NCBI RefSeq assembly: GCF_009914755.1
Contig: NC_060939.1
Strand: one strand, 5' to 3'
Origin: the human T2T-CHM13v2.0 reference genome, Homo sapiens
DNA: 64,000 nt
In this document: positions 1 through 12,533 of the stretch, one piece after another
Position numbering within the stretch: the first letter of the stretch is position 1
Layout: each line of letters starts with the position of its first letter
Made by a program: the position numbers and the translations under genes
Notes under the pieces: generated by a model
Told to the model about the DNA's origin: nothing
What the model saw: the letters and a program-made list of their open reading frames with translations, nothing else
Database searches by the model: none

Positions 1-1376
1 TAGAAGAGGAAAGACAGTAGATTACTGTTTTTATTAGCTGGGTGTTTTAAAATTAATTAATATAAAATAAAAATAAAGAAATAGATTTGTGTGGCCCAGG
101 CCACCAGTATACATTATCAAATCCACTTAGTTCATCATTGTCTTGTGTCTGTGATACTGAGAGGTAGGAATCAGAATCTGGCCTGTTCTTTTTCAACCTA
201 CATATCAAATGTGAATCCAAATGCTCCAGGAGAGTCTTCAGGGATCATGGTATGCAAATGAAGACCCACTGTTTTTCAAATAACATGGTTCTTTCATATT
301 GAATCCTATCTCTGTAGGAGGATTGACAAATGTTCTCTATTATCAACCACGACTTAATATACTTTCAGTGGAGGGCTATGGAGGGTGCTGGTAGTCAGGG
401 GAGGGATGGGATAGAAGACAATGTTCCCTTTTACAGTAGTCTTAGTGGTGACCCTAACTCCTAGAGAGACTCCTAGAAAGGTCTTCATCTGTCACCTGCC
501 ACCATCCTGGTGCATTTTGGAGAATGCATTAGAAGATCAGTCCAGATACTAAAGAAAAAAATCAGTTCATCAAAACAAGCATGGGAATCAAAACTGATAT
601 TTGGCTGCAGCTTCTGACATTCAGAAGGAGAAAAAGGCACAAAGAAGGCAGCCATTAAGAGACTTCATCTAACCAGAAGAGGCAGTTCCTAAGTCAGATG
701 ACTGATAACATTGAAGACAAACAACTGGGTGTGCCAGATATACACAGGAGGCCCAGTAGTGGCGAATGATGAGGTAAGTTTTATAATTATCTGCCTGGAA
801 GAGATGTCTCATTATCACCTTTTAGAGAGCATGAATCCATGTGAGCCAGATTTGTTCATTATGTAGCTTTCTCAACAATGGTTTATTTAGGGTCAACTTA
901 ATAAGAGTTTGGGAAAGAAGGTAGAGAAAGATTTCCTTGTTCCAATTATATTTCTCCATGTGATAGTCTGTAGGCTTCTGGGGGTTGCTGTCTACAACTC
1001 CTAAATGTATGGAATTTTGGCAATTATCCAATTCAAATGTTTGAATGTAGATTTCATGGCTGAAAAATCTAGTTTGACAATTGAAATGGGCATTGACCAC
1101 ATTTTATGGATGTTTAGAATTTTTTGAGCCACATTGCTACATTCAGAGAACATCTACCCTTACAAGTCTGATCTTCCTTAAGGGAGAACCTTGAAAACTT
1201 TCTCTAGCTTTCCTGGTGTCTAGGATGTAGGGATATGACCTCATTTCTACTAATCAGTCTTACCTACTTGAGATGTTAATTTGAATGACAGTAACATGAG
1301 GAGGGGGCTCTGGGTGGAATCATGTTGCTAATGTGGTTGCTGCTGAGGTTTCTGGCTTTCAGAGATGGAGCATCTG

Positions 1377-1753
1377 TGTATTAGTCCATTTTCACATGAC
1401 TATAAATAATGCCTGAGACTCAGTAATTTATAAAGGAAAGAGGTTTAATTGATTCACAGTTCTGCATGGCTGGGGAGGCCTCAGGAAAATTACAATCATA
1501 GTGGAAAGTGAAGGGGAAGCAAGGCACATCTTACATTGTGGCAGGAGAGAAAGAGAGAGAGAGAGAGAGTGAAAGCAAGGAAGTGCCACACTTAAAACCA
1601 TCAGCTCTCTGAGAACTCCATCACTATCATGAGAATAGCATGGGGGAAACCACCCAGTCACCTCCCACCAGGTCCCTCCTCAGCAGGTGGAGATTACAAT
1701 TCAGATTACAATTTGATATGAAATTTGGGTGGGGATACAACCAAATCATGTCA
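1377..1753 (-). mobile_element. Solo MaLR LTR (MSTA/MSTB-like)
   Basis: TGTATTAGTCC...CATGTCA termini match the reverse complement of the MST consensus; perfect 5-bp TSD ATCTG at 1372-1376 and 1754-1758. Confidence 0.92.
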
Positions 1754-2931
1754 ATCTGCAAGGTGGAGTGGAACCAGGGGGACAGTGGTGGTGGAAGAAG
1801 TGAAGGAGGACTCATCAGTAGGACAGTTCTATGGTGTGGTTTGGTCATTGATGTGTAAATCTTAGACTCAAGCTTCAGCTTTTCCAAAAGTTTAGGGAGC
1901 AATGCACTCTCCTTTAATGAACTAATTTTCTGTGTCATCAGCTAGACTTGGTCTTTGTTGCTTGCAGCCCAGAATTCTAATCAATGCAGTGATCTGTGCT
2001 AATAAAAATAACCAGATAACTCCCAGACTGCTTTGTCAAATGAAAATATAACCATCCAAAAGAAGGATGGTTAATTTATATACTCACAAACTTATTTATT
2101 TTGTACAGACACTGCTATACGATTAAGGAAGAGTGGGGAAATTGTTCTACAGACATGAATGAGTTTCAACTCCAGCTTTAGAGACAGAACCCCAAAAGTT
2201 TGATAGATTGACATTTCATTTGGTTTTCAAACAAAGTTAACTTGGCTAGCTAACTTTGACTCTGAATATAGTGGCAAAAATGCCTGACAATATAGTTATG
2301 ATTGTGCCTATCAGTCATCTTATATTATACAAAAAGTCGATGTTTATTCCCCACTGAACTTCTGGAGAGTGGGTGGGTTTTTTCTGCTTGCATGTGATTA
2401 TAACAGAACTAAGGTTTGGATAGCTTAGAAAATGTTTTCATTGTGTTATTTTCAAGTGCACTTAAATCAGGTTGTTCTTAAACAATTTTAGAGGAAATAC
2501 AGATTCAATATGAAAATGCACCAGAATTTTATTTACCAAAAGTCAATTCAGTCCAAATTTTCTGAGAAGATTATTTCTGAATGACAGAAATGACAATAGA
2601 TGTGTTCAGATTCAAAGACTATAACTTAGCAGGATTTCTCTTGTGGGTATTTCAGCTCAAAGGAGATACCAGAAAACAATTTTCAGGTATAAGACCAGAA
2701 TTTTAAAGGAGTTAGATGGCCTAATATAACTAAACTGGAAAATTGGATCTGTGATTACTCAAACCAAAAGGCAACCCCCAGACCCCCTTAATTATGCCAC
2801 CAGAAAATAGAATTCTAGGGCAGTGTATCCTCTAGAAGGGGAATCCCTCCCAAAACCTATCTAATACATGGGCATGTAGAACATTAATCAAGGGAGATTT
2901 CCTCAGTGTGCAGAATTTGGGGCACCCATAG

Positions 2932-5231
2932 TGTATTAGTCTGTTCTTGTGCTGCTGATAAAGACATACCTGAGATTGGGTAATTTATAAAGGAAAAGAC
3001 GTTTAATGGAAGTACAATTCCACATGGCTGGGGAGGCCTCACAGTCATGGCAGAAGGCAAAAGACATGTGTTACTTGGTGGCAGGGAAGAGAGAACTTGT
3101 GCAGGGAAACCCCCCCTTATAAAACCATCAGACCTCATGAGACTTATTTGTTATCATGAGAATGGCACGAAAAAGACCCGCCCCAGTGATTCAATTATCT
3201 CCCACCAGGTCCCTCTCATGACATGTGGGAATTGTGAGAGCTACAATTCAAGATGAGATTTGGGTGGGGACACAGCCAAACCATATCGTTCCACCTCGGC
3301 CCCTCCCATATCTCATGTCCTCACATTTCAAACCAATCATGTCTTCTCAACAGTCCCCCAAAGTCTTAACTCATTTCAGCATTAACTCAAAAGTCCACAG
3401 TCCAAAGCTTCATCTGAGACAAGGCAAGTTACTTCTGCCTATGAACCTGTAAAATAAAAAACAAGTTAGTTACTTTCTAGATACAATGGGGGTACAGACA
3501 TTGGGTAAATACATCCATTCCAAATGGAGAAATTGGCCAAAATTGCATGAGGGCTAAAGGCCTCATGCAAGTTCAAAATCCAGCAGGCTGTCAAATTTTA
3601 AAGCTCCAAAATGTCTCCATGAGACATGTTGACTCCATGTCTCACATCCAGGTCACACTGATGCAAGAGATAGGATTCCATGGGCAGCTCCATGCCTGTG
3701 GCTTTGCAGGCTACAGCCTCCCTCCCAGCTGCTTTAATGGGCTGGTATTGAGTGTCTGCAACTTTTCCAGGTGCATGGTGCAAGCTGTTGGTGGATCTAC
3801 CATTCTGGGGTCTGGAGGACAGTAGCCCTCTTCTCACAGGTCCACTAGGCAGTGTCCCAGTGGAAACTCTGTGTAGGGTCTTAAACCCCACATTTCTCTT
3901 CTGCACTGCCCTTAGCAGAGGTTGTCCATGAGGGCCCCACCCCTGGATCAAAATTCTGCCTGGACATCCAGGCATTGCCATATATCCTCTGAAATCTAGG
4001 TGGAGGTTTCCAAACCTCAATTCTTGACTTCTGTGCACCCATGGCCTCAACACCATGTGGAAGCTGCCAAGGCTTGGGGCTTGCACCCTCTGAAGCCACA
4101 GCCTAAGCTGTACCTTGGCCCCTTTTAGCCATAGACACAGGACACCAAGTCCCTAGGCTGCACACAGCAGGGGGCCCTAGGCCCAGACTATGAAACCATT
4201 TTTTCCTCCTCAGCCTCCAAGCCTGTGATGAGAGGGACTACCATAAAGGTCTTTAATATACGCTGGAGACATTTTCCCCATTATCTTGTCAATTGACATT
4301 TGGCTCCTCATTACTCATGCAAATTTCTGCAGCCAGCTTGAATGTTTCCTCAGAAAATGGGGTTTTCTTTTCTATTGCATTGTCAGGCTGCAAATTTTCC
4401 AAACCTTTGTGCTCTGTTTCTCTTTTAAAGCTGAATGCTTTTAATAGCACCCAAGCCACCTCGTGAGTACTTTGCTGCTTAGAAATTTCTTCCACCAGAT
4501 AACCAAAATCATCTCCCTCAAGTTCAAAGTTCCACAAATCTCTAGGGCAGGGACAAAACCAATCTCTTTGCTAAAGCATAGCAAGAGTCACATTTGCTTT
4601 AGTTCCCAACAAGTTCCTCATCTCCATCTGAGACCACCTCAGCCTAGATTTCATTGTTCATATCATTTTCAGCATTTTGGTCAAAACCATTCAATAAGTC
4701 TCTAGGAAGTTCCAAACTTTCCCACATTTTCCTGTCTTATTCTGAGCCCTCCAGACTGTTCCAACCTCTTCCTGTTACCCAGTTCCAAATTCACTCCCGC
4801 ATTTTTGGGTATCTTAACAGCAGCACCCCACTCTACTGGTACCAGTTTACTGTATTAGTTTGTTCTCACACTTCTGATAAAGACATATCTGAGACTGGAT
4901 AATTTATAAAGAAAAAGAGGTTTAATGGGCTTACAGTTCCATGTGGCTGGGAAGGCCTCACAATTATGGTGGAAGGCAAAAGGCATGTTTTACATGGCAA
5001 CAGGAAAGAGAGAATTTGTGCAGGGAAACTCCCCCTTATAAAACCATCAGACCTCATGATTCACTGTCTTCACTATCACTCTTCACATATTCACTATCAT
5101 GAGAACAGCATGGGAAAGAAACACCCCCACGATTCAATTACCTCCTACCAGGTCCCTCCCATGACATGTGGGAATTGTTGGAGCTACAATTCAAAATGAG
5201 ATTTGGCTGGGGATACAGCCAAACCATATCA
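2932..5231 (-). mobile_element. Full-length THE1 (THE1B-like) MaLR provirus: LTR 2932-3288, internal 3289-4850, LTR 4851-5231
   Basis: Two homologous LTRs (TGTATTAG...AAACCATATC) flank a ~1.56 kb THE1-internal sequence; perfect TSD CATAG at 2927-2931 and 5232-5236. Confidence 0.95.
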
Positions 5232-5366
5232 CATAGTGACTGACCAAGGAATTCAACCCATGGCCAGATAATGGAGTCTTTTTTATTCTTGTATAGTGGG
5301 ATGTGGCTTACACTAATGATTTAAGACCACACTTACTCTTTTCTTATTTTCCATTTTCTCAATAAG

Positions 5367-5391
5367 GTGTGTGTGTGTGTGTGTGTGTGTG
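5367..5391. repeat. (GT)n microsatellite, ~12 units
   Basis: Read directly from the sequence. Confidence 0.95.
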
Positions 5392-5690
5392 CATGCACTT
5401 GCACTTATAGCATCATCTATTTGCCATTGTATATTTGGTGTGCTTGGGGGTGGTTAAATGCATCATTTAGTCAGGGTGGGTGCATGATCATTGGGAATAC
5501 ATAATACTTAGGGATTCTGGACTTGGAGATAGACACAGTAATTGGGTGTAACTTTGGAGTTGTCTTCTGTTGACAAGTGTTTACATATTTTTGCTGTATG
5601 TAAGATAGTTGCGTTATGTTAGTGGGCATTTAGAAATTATATGCCAGGAAAGCAGTGTGTGTGCACATGTTAGGTATTCAAAGGGTGGAA

Positions 5691-6589
5691 TGTAATAGAC
5701 TGTTTGCTATCGTTTCTGACTACTCAACACTCTTTTCCATATCCTTCCTCTGGCAAAAGTAACCCACTTTTTCTTTGGAAAACTATATCTGTCTGAAACT
5801 TTGTTGTTTTGATGCAGTTGTTAATTACAATGGCTAATCTTACTTTGGCCACAGAAGTGGGGCATGGGACCCAGGCCTGGACAGTCAAGAGTAACCAATG
5901 ATCTGGACCACAGTGATTGTTTAAAGATGAGTATTTGGCCCAAATTGGGTTAGAGTTCTAACAGATTTTTCAGCTAATAGAGAAGGCTCACACTTTTCTA
6001 CTGGGAATGCTAGGCTCGGACAATGTGAGACTGTAGCTGCCAGTGGCCAAATAACCTGCCACATAGAACATACTTTACTAATATAACAGGTAGTCTTTGT
6101 TGAACACTTACTATATGTCAGGTGCTATTCTAAGTGTTGTATATGCTTTATCTCATTTAATCTGTGCAACAACTCTATAAGGTTTTTATTGTATCCCAAT
6201 TTTACAAATGAGAACACTGAAACATACAGAGGTTAAGTAATAAATTGCTGACATTTATGGTGGAACAAGGATTCAAAGTCAGAGAGTCTGATTTTGTAGC
6301 TCAAGGTTTTCACTGCCATGCCACACACTGGTAAGCTGAGCAAAGAAAAGTCAAATAGAAAGAAGGATAACTGAGACAAGGAGAGGGAGAAAAAACCCTG
6401 ATGTGATTTGAGGAAGCCAAGACAAGCAGAACCAAAAGATGAAGAGAAACGAAGCAGTAAATCCAGCTGTGCTGAAACCAGCTGTACTCCAGGGCTTTGC
6501 AGGCACTGAATTCATAGTTTCCCTCTAGGACTTAATTGAGTTTTAGCTGGGTTTTTGTACTTGTAACTATAGAAATTTGAACGAATACA
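5691..6589 (+). mobile_element. Ancient ERVL/MaLR-type LTR (LTR16/MLT1-like), interrupted by a MIR
   Basis: Purine tract AAAGGGTGGAA precedes a TG start; the end GGGTTTTTGTACTTGTAAC...AATACA resembles old ERVL LTR 3' ends. Boundaries approximate. Confidence 0.5.
6095..6310 (-). mobile_element. MIR SINE
   Basis: CACTTACTATATGTCAGG...ATTTTACAAATGAGAACACTGA...AGAGGTTAAGTAA is the reverse-complement MIR core. Confidence 0.85.
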
Positions 6590-6643
6590 ACTATATATTA
6601 TATTCTGTAGCATTGGGGTCTAATAGAATAAAATGTTTGACAT

Positions 6644-6808
6644 CTGTGTAGTCCAATACAGTAGCCACAAGCCACATATGGCTATAAGATTATTAAAATA
6701 TGCCTAATTTGATAGGGAACATAATTTTTAGTTTTATCTCATTTAAATTAATTAAAATGAATTTCAATAGTCACATGTGGCTAGTGGGTACTGCATTAGA
6801 GAGCACAG
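6644..6808. mobile_element. hAT-Charlie MITE (MER3-like)
   Basis: Inverted ends CTGTGTAGTCCAATACAGTAGCCAC...CACATGTGGCTAGTGGGTACTGCATTAGAGAGCACAG. Confidence 0.75.
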
Positions 6809-6851
6809 ATCTAGAGGCCACAGCTGGAGCTATCGTCAGATTCTTATATTA

Positions 6852-8310
6852 CTGTCTTTGTTTATTCAGGCTGCTAGAACAAAGTGCCATAGACTTGAGA
6901 GCCCAAACATTTGTTAATTGATACATAATAATTATACAAATTATAGAGTACATGTGAGATTTTTGATACATGCATAGAATGTGTAATGATCACATCAGGG
7001 TATTTAGGATATCCATTAACTTGAACATTTGTCATTTATTTGTGTTGGGACATTTCAAATTTTCTCTTCTAGCTATTTTGAAATATACAATATATTGTTG
7101 TTAACTGTAGTCACCCTACTGTGCTATTGAACACTAAAACTTATTTTTTTTCTATCTAACTGTATGTTTGGACCCATCAGCCAAACTCTCTTCATTCTCT
7201 TCTCACTTTCCAGCCTCTGGTAACTATCATTCTACTCTCTACCTCCATGAGATCAACTTTTTTAACTCCCATATATAGGAGAATATGTAATATTTGTCTT
7301 TTTGTGCCTGGCTATTTTACTTAACATAGTGACCTCCAGTTACATCCATGTTGCTGTGAATAACAGGATTTTATTCTTATTTATGGCTGAATAGTATTCC
7401 ATTGTGTATATTCAACATTTTATCAATTTATCCATTGATGGACACTTAGGTTGATTCTATGTCTTGACTATTGTGAATAGTGCTGCAATAAACACTGGGG
7501 TGCTGGTATCTCTTTGATATACTGATTTCCTTTCCATTGGATAAATACCCAATAGTAGGATTGCTGGATCATATGGTAGTTCTATTTTTAGTTTTTTGAG
7601 ATGCCTCCATATTGTTTTCCATAATGGCTGTACTAATTTACATTCCTGGCAGCAGTGTATAAGAGTTTCCTTTTCTCTGCATCCTCACCAACATTTGTGT
7701 TTTTTTTTCTTTTTTGATAATAGCCATCCTAACTGGGGTGAGATGATACCTCATTGTGATTTTGATTTGCATTCCCTGGTGACTAGTGATGTTGAACATT
7801 TTTCATATACCTGCTGGCCATTTGTATGTCTTCTTTTGAGAAATATCTATTCAGATCATTTGCCCACTTTTTAATGAGACTATTTATGGGTTATTACTTT
7901 TTGCTGTTGTTGTTGAGTTGTTTAAATTTCTTGTAGATTCTGGATATTAGTCCCTTGTTGGGTGAATAGTTTTCAAATTACACAGGTTGTCTCTTCACTC
8001 TGCTGATTATTTCCGTTGTTGTGGGCATCTTTTAAACAGCAGAAATTTATTTCTCACAGTTCTGGTGGATGGGAAGTCCAAGATCAAGGCAGTGACAGAC
8101 TCAACGTCTGGTGAGGTCCTGTTTCCTGGTTCATACATAGTGCTTTCTCATTTCTTCACATGGAGGAAGGGTAAGGGGTCTCTCTGGGGCCTCTTCCGTA
8201 AGGGCAGTATTCCAAGTGCCCTTATAGAAGATCTGCCATTGTGAGCTAATCTTCCCCAAACCCCATCTCCTAATACCATCATCTTGGGGTGAGGATTTCA
8301 ACATATGATC
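6852..8310 (-). mobile_element. MLT1A-like LTR split by an L1 insertion (pieces ~6852-6900 and ~8030-8310)
   Basis: GGCTGCTAGAACAAAGTGCCATAGACT continues after the L1 as AAACAGCAGAAATTTATTTCTCACAGTTCTGG...AAGTCCAAGATCAAGG. Confidence 0.75.
6910..8022 (-). mobile_element. L1MA-type LINE-1 3' fragment
   Basis: Antisense L1 3'UTR/ORF2-end motifs, e.g. GAATAGTATTCCATTGTGTATAT, GATGGACACTTAGGTTGATTC, CTTTTGAGAAATATCTATTCAGATC. Confidence 0.92.
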
Positions 8311-8330
8311 TTTTTTTAACTTTAGGAAAT

Positions 8331-10451
8331 TGTGTTAGTTCGTTCTCACTCTGCTATGAAGAAATACCCAGACTGGGTAATTTGTAACAGAAAGAGGTAT
8401 AATTGACTCACAGTTCCACATGGTTGGGGATGCCACAGGAAACTTACAATCATGGTGGAAGGAGAAGCAAACACGTACTTTTTCACATGGCAGCAGGAGA
8501 GAGAAATGCAGTGCCAGCAGGGGAAATGCTGGATGCTTATAAAACCATTGGATCTCATGAGAACTCACCCACTATCATGGAAACCACATGGGGGATACCA
8601 CCCCCATGATTCAATTACCTCCACCTGGTCTGGCCATTGACACATGGGGATTATTACAATTCAAGGTGAGATTTGAATGGGGACACAGAGCCAAACCATA
8701 CCATTTCTCCCCTGGCCCCTCACAAATATAGTGTCCTCACATTTCAAAACACAATTATGCCTTTTCAACCATCCCCCAAAGTCTTAATTCATTCCGGGAT
8801 TAACCCAAAAGTCCACGTTCAAAGTCACATCTGAGATAAGGCAAGTCTCTTCTGTTTATGAGCCTGTGAAATCAAAATCAAGTTAGTTACTACCTAGATA
8901 CAATGGAGATACAGGCATTGGGTAAATACACCCATTGCAAATGGGAGAAATTGGCCAAAACATATGGACTACAGGCCTCATGCAAGTCCCAAGTCCAATA
9001 AGGCAGTCATCAAACCTTAAAGTTTCAAAATGATCTCCTTTGATGCCATGTCTCACATCCAGGTCATGCTGATGCAAGAGATGGGCTTTGATGGCCTTGG
9101 GCAGCTCCACCTCTGTGGCTTTGCAGGGTACAGCCCCCCTCCTGGCTGCTTTCATGTGCTGGCATTCAGTGCCTGTGGCTTTTCCAGGCACATGGTGCAA
9201 GCTGTCAGTGGATTTACCATTCTGAGGTCTGGAGTACAGTGGCCCCCTTCTCACAGCTCCACCAAGCAGTGCCCCAGTGGGGACTCTATGTGGGGGCTCC
9301 AACCCCACATTTCCCTCCCACACTGCCCTAGCAGAGATTTTCCATGAGGGCTCCACCCCTGCAGCAAACTTCTGCCTGGACATTCAGGCATTTCCACACA
9401 TCCTCTGAAATCTAGGTGGAGGTTTCCAAACCTCAATTCTTGACTTCTGTGCACCCGCAGGCCCAACACCGTGTGTAAACCATCGAGGCTTGGGGCTTGC
9501 ACCCTCTGAAGCAACAGCCCAAGCTGTACCTTGGCTCCTTTTAGCCATGGCTGGAACCAAAGCAGCTGGGACACAGGGCACCATGTCTTGAGGATGCCCT
9601 AGGTGGGGTGGGGTGGTGGGGGAGGGGAGGTAGTCTGGGCCTAACCTCTGAAACCACTCTTTTCCCTCCTGGCTTCTGGGCCTGCAATGGGAGGGGCTGC
9701 TCTAGAGGTCTCTGGCATACGCTAGAGACATTTTCCCCATTGTCTTGGTGATTACCATTCAGTTCCTTGTTACTTATGCAAATTTCTGCAGCTGGCTTGA
9801 ATTTCTCCCCAGAAAATGGGATTTTCTTTCCTATTGCATTGTTAGGCTGCAAATTTTCCAAACTCTTATGTTCTGCTTCCTCTTGAATGCCTTGATGCCT
9901 AGAAATTTCTTCCACCAGATACCCTGAATCATCTCTCTCAAGTTCAAAATTCCACAGATTTCTAGGGCAGGGCAAAATCACACCAGTCTCTTTGCTAAAA
10001 CATAGCAAGAGTCACTTTTGCTCCAGTTCCCAATAAGTTCCTCATCTCCATCTGAGACCACCTCAGCCTGGACCTCACTGTCCATATCACTATCAGCATT
10101 TTGGTCAAAACCATTCAATAAGTCTCTGGGAAGTTCCCAACTTTCCCACATTTTCCTGTCTTCTTCTGAGCCCTCCAAACTGTTCCAACTTCTGTGTGTT
10201 ACCCATTTCCAAAGTTGCATCCACATTTTCAGGTATCTTTATAGCAGCACCCTACTCTCTGCAGTACCAATTTACTGTATTAGTTTGTTTTCACACTGCT
10301 ATGAAGAAATACTCAAGACTGGGTAATTTATAAGGGAAAGAGGTTTAACTGACTCAGTTCCGCAGGGCTGGGGAGGCCTTAGGAAACTTATAATCATGGT
10401 GGAAGGAGCAGCAAATACATCCTTCTTTACATGGAGGCAGCAAGGAGAAGT
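8331..10451 (-). mobile_element. THE1 (THE1C/D-like) provirus with truncated 5' LTR: LTR 8331-8703, internal 8704-10275, partial LTR 10276-10451
   Basis: Internal region is homologous to that of 2932-5231; the second LTR stops after ~175 bp and has no TSD. Confidence 0.92.
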
Positions 10452-10871
10452 TATATATTATAAACATAATATATAATGAGATTAGTCACTCACTAGTTAA
10501 GATATACAAGACAAAAAGGGAGAAAACAAAAATATATAAAATATAAAAAATTTGAAATGAGAATGGAAAAATAATCATAGAAACAAAGAAAATTAAGATT
10601 TAAGAAAATACTTATTTCTATGTAAAAAATTTTGAAGAAACTGGATTACTTTCTTGGAAAATATAAAGTTCCCAAATTAATTGTGTTACAGACAGAAGAC
10701 CTAAATCCACCTGATGGATTGTTGTGGAATAAAATGAGAAATTTGCCAAAGAGTTACCCCCTTCCTTTAAACAGCTATGTAGTATTTCATTCCAAATATA
10801 TTTAATCATTTCCCCATTGCTGGGCTATTTTTGACTTTACAAGTCTTTTTTTTTCAAACAAAAATTGAATT

Positions 10872-11106
10872 CTGTATGACTATAGTTAACAATAATGTAT
10901 TGTTTATTTCAAAATAGCTAGAAGAGAAGATTTTGAATGTTCTTACCAAAAAGAAATAATAGACATTTAAGATGACAGATTTGCTAACTACCCTGATTTG
11001 ATGATTCACAATGTTTATAAGCATCACAACATCAAATTGTTTCCCATAAATATGTACAATTATTATGTCAATTAAAAATGAAATGAAATTTAGAAAAAGA
11101 AAAAAA
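10872..11106 (+). mobile_element. L1MA 3' end with A-rich tail
   Basis: GACTATAGTTAACAATAATGTATTG...CCCTGATTTGAT...CCCATAAATATGTACAATTATTATGTCAATTAAAAA. Confidence 0.85.
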
Positions 11107-11691
11107 TGAAATTCTATAAAATGTGAAGGAAAACAGAGTTGCAAAACCCCTTAAATTGCATTAGAGGACTGCAAAAGAAACACTACAAGTTTTGCCTTAA
11201 ACCAGTGTGATATGGATTTCAAATCCAGCAAAGCATAAAAGAGAATAATAACGATGAACTTCACTTATGATGATCAATACAAAATCCTAATAAAATAATA
11301 GTGAATGAAAACCAGTAGCACGCTAAAAGAAAGAGAAAGGCCTATAACCAAATGGGGCTCAATCCAGGAGTTAAAGATGGTTCAATATTAGAAAATTTTT
11401 TTACACTTCATTTGCTATCATTCGTATTTTATTAAACATTACAAATGTTTAATGGAATAATAATAAATCTGATGAAAATAAATGGAATAAAAAATAAATA
11501 ACGGAATAAAATAATACATGGAATAATAATAAATTGAATAAAATGGAATAATAAATGGAATAAAAATAAAATGTTTAATGTTTAGTAAAATATGAATTAG
11601 GGAAACTCATAACAAAACAGGTATTTTCTTAATAAAACAAGAATATATATATATATGTTGTACTGCTATACAAAATTGTGCTTGTAGTCAA

Positions 11692-11775
11692 ATATATATG
11701 TGCGTGTGTGTATATATACATATATATGTGTATATATATGTGTGTGTATATATATGTATGTATATATATATATAT
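11692..11775. repeat. (TA/TG)n compound microsatellite abutting an Alu tail
   Basis: Read directly from the sequence. Confidence 0.9.
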
Positions 11776-11929
11776 TTTTTTTTTTTTTAGACAGGATCTC
11801 TCTCTCTCTCTCACCCAGGCTGTAGTTCAGTGGTGCAATCATAGCTCACTGCCCTCCTGGGATAAAGGGATTCTCCTGCCTAGGCCTTCCGAGCAGCTGG
11901 GACTACAGGCATGCACCACCGTGCCTGGT
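11776..11929 (-). mobile_element. Old Alu right-arm monomer (FRAM/AluJ-like)
   Basis: Poly(T), then AGACAGG...CACCCAGGCTG...GCTGGGACTACAGGCATGCACCACC. Confidence 0.88.
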
Positions 11930-12094
11930 TCAAAAAACATATCTTAAACCAAAAGTAAGCACTATTCTTCATGATGAAAACCTATTAATACTGTTAAAAT
12001 CAAGAAGATAAGGATGCTCACTCTCACCACTGTTATCTGATAGTTTTTCTAGAGCACTAAACAATAAGAGAAAGAAATACAGGTATAAAAATTG

Positions 12095-12533
12095 TAAGCC
12101 AAGAGTGAGAAGCAACCTAAATGTCCATCAATGGATGAATGGATAAAGAAGATGTGGTGTACATGGGCATGTTATTTGGTCTTAGAAGAAGGAAATCCTG
12201 TCATATTCGACAACATGGATGAACCTGGAGGGCATTATGCTAAGTGAAACAAGCCAGTTGTGGAAGAGTAATACTGCATGATTCCACCTCTATGACATAT
12301 CTAAAGTAGTCAACCATAGAAGCAGAAAGTAGAATGGTGAGTTTAGAGGAGAGGGAAATTGGGACTTGCTATTCAATGGGCATAAAAAGTTTTGGTTATG
12401 CAGGATAAAAAGTTCTAGAGATCTCCTGTACAAAATTATGCTTGTAGTTAAATATACTTTACTGTACACGTTTATTAAGAGCGTTGATCTCATGTGTCTT
12501 TTTACTATAATACATTTTTTAAAAAGAATAAAA
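12095..12533 (+). mobile_element. L1MA/L1MB 3' fragment
   Basis: AAGCAACCTAAATGTCCATCAATGGATGAATGGATAAAG...ACATGGATGAACCTGGAGGGCATTATGCTAAGTGAAA. Confidence 0.9.

Noticed and set aside
8883-10008. ORFs of 105-166 aa (also 3598-4086)
   Set aside because: They lie in THE1 internal sequence and are broken remnants of the MaLR ORF, not host genes.
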